Shown: one piece after another, positions 8,245-17,200 of the stretch
How the letters are laid out: each line of letters starts with the position of its first letter
How positions within the stretch are numbered: position 1 is the stretch's first letter
Assembly (NCBI GenBank): GCA_038248465.1
Contig: JBBRXK010000001.1
Location: forward strand, 1-24,424
Length of the DNA stretch: 24,424 nucleotides
Direction of reading: 5' to 3'
Source of the DNA: Patescibacteria group bacterium
GTDB taxonomy: Bacteria; Patescibacteriota; Patescibacteriia; Patescibacteriales; UBA12075
Position numbers and translations under genes: made by a program
The notes under the pieces: model-generated
The model's database searches: none
Seen by the model: the letters and a program-made list of their open reading frames with translations, nothing else
Told to the model about the DNA's origin: nothing

Positions 8245-11200
8245 ATGAAACAATATTTCCAAAAACTAAAAAAACTTTTTCCTCTAGCACTGGCAGTGCT
8301 AGTGGTTTTTGTGTTGTCGACGACTATGGTTCGGGCGGGTTCGGGGCAGGTGCAAAAAGATAAAGGTATGGATTTTGAGCTGGCTTCCAAGAATACAGGG
8401 TTTTCGGCGAATCAGAATGCGGAGTTCGATTTTAAAATTTCTAAAGACCAGAATTGGCTGGCTTCTGTTGGGCAATATTTCAGAAGTTTTTTTGTGGACG
8501 ATTACAAAAATACCGATATCCAGGCCGAAGTTGAGAATGCCACCGGGAATGGACTAACTACCGAGGTGCTTCGTGAAAAGAACGGACAGTTTAGCGTGAA
8601 AGCCAAGTCGGTCGGGCGACAGAGTAAGCCCGGTAAGTATCGCGTAAAGGTATCGGTGAAAGATGCAAATATTACGGGCGGGCAAGAGGCCGTTTTTTAT
8701 CAGGACTTTTCTTGGGGTGTGCTTGCTTTCAACTCGAATAAATCGGCCTACTTGCCTAATGAAAAAGCCTATTTACAATTTGCGGTTTTGAATGAGTCGG
8801 GCCATACGGTTTGCGATGCCGAGCTAAATGTTTTGATAACTGGACCTGGCCGTGACATAAAACTAAGTACCAAGGACGGCACTATCACTCGCAATGCCGA
8901 ATGTGGCCCAGATAATATAATTTTGAATCCAGATTATTATAGTTATCAAGAGCTTAATGGGGCGGGGGATTATGTTGTAAAGGTTACAGCCCAAAATAAA
9001 AACGGAGTTTGGGAGATTAGCGATAAACTTAGTGTACAAACTAAAATTCCATTTGAGCTTGAACGCATGGGTCCAACTCGTATCAATCCAAAAGCTCCTT
9101 ACGGCGTCAAAATAAATATTAAAGCTAATGAGAATTATAAAGGAGATTTACTCGAAATGATTCCATTACAATTTTCAATCTCAAATTACGAATTACGAAT
9201 TAATGATAAAATATTTACCAAAAATCCAAAAATTGAAGTGACGGATGTCGAGACAAAAGTAATCGCGGATAATATTGATATCAAGGCTGGCGACAACATT
9301 GTCATAAGCTACAAATTCAACGCACCAGAAGTAACACCAGAGTTTTATTTGCTGGGATCTTTGCAGACAAAAATAAACGGTAATTTGAATCCGATGGAAA
9401 GTAGGCAATGGCAGATAGCTTCGGACGGAGAGAATCAGGTAATAGTGGCGCAAAATATTCCTATTTCTGCTGGGAATATTGATACGGTTAATTGGAAGGA
9501 TGTGGCCATAGCCTCTTCAACTTTGTTTACCGGCGGAAAAAAATATTTTGTTTATGTGACGGCTGGATTTTCTAGCGCATTGGCGGCGGCCAATCTTGAT
9601 TTTCAAATTAGCTATGGCTCAACTACGAAGTATACAGGACTGATACAAGCCTCCGGTGATCAGGCGAATGACGCTCAACAGATATCTTGGTATGATGTAA
9701 TGGATCAACCAGCCACCACAACTGATATTAGTCTTCAATTTCGACCTAATTCTTCTACGGCTTATGCTATGAACGCTCAGATTATAGCTATCAATCTTAG
9801 TAATCTAGAGACTACTGATTGGAAATACGCGAGTAATACCACGTCTCGCGCTTTGTCTAATGTGGCTACTATAGATGCGACCATGACGATGGACACAGCT
9901 GATGGTGTAAAAGACTGGTTAGTTTTTGCCGGTAATGAATTTTCTATCACAAATACTACAAGACAATATATTAGTCATATTTGGGATGGTACAACGGCGT
10001 ATATGCAAGAGACCCGTGAAGGGCGCAATGCCGCCGAACTGTTGCCCCATGTTTTATATCGATCTTTTGATAATGTCGCTACTAATACAGTTTTTAGTAT
10101 TCGTAATTATGCCTCTGTTGCCGCGGACACACATCTCAAAAGTCGGGTCTTTGCGCTGAACTTAAATCGCTTTGAAAGTTTCAAGAATTATTATGCTAAT
10201 ATTAATACTACGATGACGCCAGTTGGCACTTGGTTTTCGGCGGGCAACTTGAATGCGGGCGGAAACTATTCGCCACTCACTATCGGCAACCAATTAATTT
10301 TTGCTGGCCTTATTAATGACGTAAACACTCAGGCCAATGAATACAATACCAGACTTTTGGTAAATGCCGTCACCTCCCCAGTGGCTTGGAGTTGGGCGCA
10401 AGCACCCGCAGGTTATTTGACACCCAACGAAGCTTTGGAAGAAATTGACAGCAATATTGTGACCCAAATAAGTATTCCATCAAGTGGACAGACTATCAGC
10501 CTGGATGCAGTATCGGCAGTCGGTGTTAATCAAATCTTGGACGAGGTGAGTTTGACGGCTTTTAGTACACGCTTAAAAAATAGCAATAAACCTAATGGAA
10601 TAATTAAAACCGCAAATTTTAGAACGAATGGCTCGGGAATAATCGATTACTCTATTGATGTCGCTGATCGTGATCTCGACGACTCGCGCATGAAGGTGGA
10701 GTTTGCGACCGGTACTACTTGTTCGTTTGTCACGCCGGGCAAAGCCACAATTTCCACAGCCGACGCTGATACCACGGCCACCTACGGCGATCCAAAAGTA
10801 GACAATCTGCTCGCCTATCAAGTCGGCTCCTCGACTGGTTGGATTACAACTACTTATGGTACTACAACGGTAGATTTTGGTTGGACCAGTAAAAGTGATA
10901 TTCCTAGTTCCGAAGGTTCGTATTGTTTGCGCATTACCGTAAATGACGGCACAAATGATCAGGCTAGCCCGGCTACGACCACCGTGTTTATTGATAATAG
11001 TACGCCAAATATTTCGGCGCTAACGACGGCTAATATAAAATATAAAATTGGCGATACTTTGCGAGCGACGGCTACAGTACCCCTCGAGTCGGGGAATTTG
11101 GTGCTCGGAAACGGTTCAACTATCAATGGCAAACCAGCAATTAATGTTCAAAGAGTAGATGACACCACCTTTACTTTTGATTATACGGTTGTAGCCGGGG

Positions 11201-14200
11201 ATACGGATAGAGCGACCGGCACTATTCCATACGTGATTTCTTTGATTGATGCATATAACAATAAAAGTGCGACTTCAAGTGGTAATTTCGCCAATGGCAC
11301 TATAGACGCCAATCCACCGGCGATAAGTTCTGTCACGATTTTAAATAATATGTATGGCGTCGGAAATACGATTACGGCTACGGTCACCGTGACGGCGGAT
11401 GCCGATGTTTATTCACTCGGTGCCTCTACTATAAATGAGGTAAATGCTCAAAACCTTAAAAAAATAAATAATACGACCTATACCGTTGATTACGTGGTTG
11501 TTAGTGGTAATACGGATAGGGCTACTGGAACAATCCCGTATTCTATTATTTTGATTGATTCATTTACCAATAGCAATACAGCTTATGCCGGCAACTTGAC
11601 TAATGCTTCGGTGGATGCTCATCAGCCGATAGTATCATCGGTCTATTTGACCAATGGAGATTATGCTATTGGCGATACCTTGACAGCCGTGATTACAGCC
11701 GACAGCCCAAACTATACAGCAGGTGCGATTACAATTAACGGGAAAAATATTAGTAACTGGGTGAATAACAATAACAATACCTATAATGTTGATTATATGG
11801 TAGCCGAGGGAGATACGGATCGGACGGCTAACACCATTCCAATTTCCGTAGTAGTTTTAGATAATTATGGTAACAGTAATATTGCCTATACTGTGCCCGC
11901 TGCCAACACAGCTACACTTGATGCCCACACACCAAGTATAGCGAGTGTTAGCTTCGCACCAAGTGCTGGCGTACTCAAAGTCGGCGCGACCGCAACCACA
12001 ACTATCACTGTAGCTGGCGCGGAAACAGCGATGACTGCCGGCACAATCTTTACTATCAACGGCATCGACGTGAGTGGCTCCTTCACGGAAATCGGTGGCG
12101 GACAATATCGTGTGACTTACACTGTCAGCGAGGGAGACAACGACATCCTTGATGCTAGTGACTTAGCAATTAATTTTAACATCAAAGATTCCGCCGGCAA
12201 TCAATCGGTATTATTTACTACCGCGGACGCAAGTAACCGGCCTGGTGTTGATGCGCACCATCCAACAATACCAGGAGATTTAAGCTTTGTAGTTCATGGT
12301 GATAATTTTATTACCTTGGCCTTTGGTGCAAACTCTAGTGATTCAAATTTTAAAGAGTATAAAATATTTTATAAAGCTGGTACAAGTGGAATTACAGAAA
12401 GTGATAAGGAATTTAACCAAACTAATGATATAAATTTGGCTAACAATTTGTTTAATGGTCATGCCACCACTACTATTTATGGGTTGTTGTCGGCCACGCA
12501 ATATGTATTTAATATTTTTGCCTATGACAATGCTGGCAATATGTCGGTCGCCGCTATTGAATTATCCGCAATTACCAATTATCCCCCAAGCGACCCTAAT
12601 TTATTAACTCAATACAAAAATGATGGTGTAACAGAATTAAATAATGAAGATTGGACGAATAATAACAGTCTGAAATTTATAGCGAGTTCGACCGATTACG
12701 AGTCTGACCCTCTAATTTTTTATTATGAGTTTTTGCCAAGCGCCAGCTCTTCGTTAACGGCGACCACTGTGCCCGTGTCGACCTGTGCTTCGGCCACAAG
12801 TTACCAGACTTGCGTATCCAAAGTTTGGGAGGTGATCGGAGGCCAGATGTTAGGCATTAACTCTATTCCAGATTCGTCGACTGGTTACAAATGGCAGGTA
12901 CTGGCCTGTGACGAGCATGCTTGTTCTGATTGGACAAAATACAATAGTTTAACTCCAAATATTCTAATTGATACATTGGACCCCGGTGTTCCGGGGAATC
13001 TTACTATTTTTTGGGATGATGCCACCAAAGCCATATTTACGCTTGGCTCATCTTCTGCCGAAGCTAATTTTAAAGAGTATAAGATTTTTTACAAGGGCGG
13101 TTCTTCGGGGGTGAGTGAACTTGATTTTGAGCACAGCTCTTCCACCGATATTAATCTGTCATACAAAAATTACAACAATGCGACCTCAACCTTGATTGAA
13201 AATTTTTCAGTGTTAACAGAGTACACGGTCAATATTTGGGCCTATGACTGGGCAGGTAACAAAAGTCACGCAACAGAAATAACTTTTACGACTGATAATA
13301 CCTACACCCCACCGACTGGACTTTTTAATTCTGTTGCCGAAAAAACTAATGGCAGTGGTGCCATCGATATTTCAGTAGAAATAGATGATCCAGACGACAA
13401 TAATAATCTAAGATTGAAAATTGAATACGAGGCTGGAGCAGACTGTGTCTTTGCCACTCCGCTTGACCCGACACTCGATGCTAATTCGGCAAATATAAAC
13501 GCTGATTACGGTAGTCCGGATGTTGATAACAACAGCACCTATCAAGTTGGAAGCTCGACTTCATACATTCTAACTTCATTTGGATCAAACACGATAAATT
13601 TTGATTGGTTGAGCGCAGTCGATTTGCCAGATGCCAACGGAGTTTATTGTCTTAGAATGACTGCCAATGATGGTATGTTTAATCAGGCCATATCAGCAAC
13701 GACTACGGTGTATATCGACAATCTCGCGCCGACAACGCCAGGGGATTTGAATTTGGAAACAAAAAACACCCATGATTTAGTATTGCGCTATGGCATTGCC
13801 TCAGTCGAAGATAATTTTGCGACTTACAAATTATTCTACAAGCCAGGCGCCGATGGCGTCACAGAGGGAGACACACTACATTCTGATATAAATCTAAGTA
13901 ATCGTTTGTACAATAATAAAGCAACTACGACTGTGGTTGGTCTTGATCCAGGCAACGCTTATGTGTTTAATATTTACGCTTATGACGACTACGGCAACCA
14001 GAGTCAGGCGACTGAACACACTTTTAGCACGAACTTTATTCCCGAGGCACCGAGCTCGCTTGTTCAAAAGAAGAATAATGATACTACGGTGATCGCAAAT
14101 AATAACTGGACCGATGAAAATAATATTCGTTTGAGTTCAAGTATTATTGATGGTGATGCCAGTGAGGTGCTTACCGCTTTTTTTGAATTTCGTCCAGCCG

Positions 14201-17200
14201 GTGATTCCTTTTTGACCGCAACCAGCGTGCCGGCCAACGCTTGTTCAGCGACTGATAACTTTGCTAATTGTACAAGCAAGGTGTGGGCGATTAGCTCGGT
14301 GGCGGGTGATTACAGTTCAAGCCCATTTATAGCCCAAGTTCATCCTAGCGCTATTCCTGATTCGGCAAATGGCTACCAGTGGCAGTCAATCGCTTGTGAT
14401 GACAACGGTGTTTGTTCAGATTGGATAAGTCTTGGGGTGGAGCCAAATTTCAAAGTGGACACAGTTAGTCCAACTAGTCCAGGTGATTTGAGTTTGAATA
14501 CGAGAACACATGACAGTTTTACGATTAATTTTGGTTCGGCAACTGTCGAAAATAATTTTAAAGAATATGTAATCCATTACAAAGTGGGTACGGGCGGAGT
14601 CACTGAGGGTGATACGAGTTTTACATCAGCTAATGATGGTAATTTGTTAATAAAAAACTACAATGGTGTGGCTACGACCACGATAAGCGGACTAAACGAA
14701 AACACCCAGTACGTCCTAAATATCTGGGCCTATGACGATTCGGGACAAAAATCGAGTGCGACGGAAACTAGTTTCACTACCAACAATCGTCCAACTGGTC
14801 AGTTTGTTAGTGCCACGCAAAAAACCGATGGCAGTGGCAAAATTGATTTGTCTATTAGTGTCAATGATAGTAATGGCGAAAATGGTATGGCAAAAATTGA
14901 TTATGTTGTCGGTGTCGATTGTAATTTTTTAGCACCACTTTATCCGACCTTGGATGAAACAGACGCTAGCGCTACCAGTACTCACGGTGACGCCAAAATA
15001 TTAAATAGCAATGTTTATCAAATTGGTAACGATAGTGGCTGGATTGTGACTTCGAGCGGGGCCAATACCGTTAATTTTGATTGGCTTAGTCAAGATAATC
15101 TGCCAACAGAAGATGATGCCTATTGTTTGCGCCTAACTGCGAACGATCAACAAGACGATCAGGCGACCTCCGCTACTACCACTTTGATTATCGACAACAA
15201 AGCACCCACTATACCGGGAAATCTTGGTTTGGAAGGGCACACAGGTTCAACTTTGACTTTGTCATTTGGAGCAGCTTCGCTTGAAAATCATTTTGCCTAT
15301 TACAAAATTTATTACAAAGAGGGCTTGGGCACAGTGAATGAAACTGATACAGAATTGCTTGATGGAGATTTGAATGATAGATTGTTTAATGAAACCTCGA
15401 CTACTTCGGTAAGTGGGCTAGGATATAATACTCAATATAGTTTCAAAATTTATGCTTATGACATTTATGGGAACAAATCAAACTCCGATCAGGTAACATT
15501 CACTACCAATGCACCACCAACTGGTTTTATAAATTCCATCGCGCAAAAGACCGACGATAGTGGAACAGTTGATATTTCTATTGAAGTCTATGATGCTAAC
15601 AACGACGACTGTACAGCCAAGTTGGAATACGTGTCTGGCGCACTTTGTAATTTTGCCTCACCGCTTGATCCAAGCTTGAGCGAAACACAGTCAGATATTA
15701 GTTCCGACCACGGTACCCCTACCATAACAAATTCCAGTGCTTATCAAATCGGCAGTCCTACCAAAATCATCACTAATCAAGGCTCAAACACTATAAACTT
15801 CGATTGGTTGGCAGCTAGCGATATTGGCAGCATGGAAGGAGCCTATTGTTTGCGATTGACCGTAAATGACACTAATGATGATCAGCTTGTTCAAGCGACC
15901 AGTTCATTTTTTTATGATAATAAAAACCCAACTACTCCCGGAAGCTTGAACATTGCTTCTGTTTCCGCAATTTCTGTTGATACCAATTTCGGAACACCTG
16001 GATTTGATACCAATTTTAGTGAATACAAAATATTTTACAAAGTTGGCACAACCGGAGTTACTGAAAATGATTTGGAATTTAATCGCAACGATGATCCAGC
16101 ACTAGGAAATGAGAATTTCAATTTCAGAGCCTTTGCCACAATTGATCATCTCAACCAGAATGCCAATTATGTATTTAATATTTGGATGTACGATGATTAT
16201 GGTAATAAAACAAAGGCGACAAATGAAGTTTCGACGACGACTACCGCTATTGCCTCGGCTACTTGGCGTGAGTCCGAAGACACCCCGGACCCAACTAACA
16301 TAAATTATTTAACTAGACAAGAAAATATTAGATTACGTCTTGATATTGCCAATACGCGTGATTATAAAGCCGATGCAAATATTTTTGATCTCCAGTATGC
16401 AATCAAGACAGGTTCATGTAGTTCTATCTTTGATTGGACGACGGTGCCAGTAACATCAAGCAGTGAACATTTCAATTTTGTCTCTAGTGGGTATGTGAGT
16501 GATGCCTCATCGACAACCGAACGACTTAGTAACTCAGGTGCTTATGAATTTACCCCTGGTTATGTTGTAGCTAATCCATCCAGCAAGGGTGCAAGTATAA
16601 ATATTGCTGCTAATCAGCATACTGAAATGGAATTCGTCTTCAGGCCCAGTATCCATGCCCAGGCTGATACTACTTATTGTTTTCGCTCTACCAATGACGG
16701 TGTGCCGCTTGATTATTACAGACAATACGCTATTTTTACCATGGCTCCACCGCCAATTGGTTCTTTTGAGTCAGCCGAACTTAGAAGCGATGCCTCTAGT
16801 ATAGCCGATATTAGTTTTAAAGTTTTTGATGTCAATGGTGGCGATGCCAGAGCCAAGCTTGAATACGTGGCAAGTTCTACTTGTAATTTTTCTTCGGCAC
16901 TCGAACCGACCCTCGATGCCACTGACGAAAACATTACAGCCACCTATGGAGATCCAGAAATCGACAATGCTTATCCGTATCAAATTGGAACTACTACTGG
17001 TTGGATTATTACTGATTACGGCACGAGCACGGTTAACGTGGATTGGTTGGCGGGAAGCAATCTCACGGGAGCAGATGGAACTTATTGTTTACGCTTGACA
17101 CTGAACGATGGTTATGATGATCAGGCAATACCAGCTACCACCACCATTGTGATAGATCAAGTCAACCCGACTGTGCCAGGTGATTTGGTCGATTTTGATA

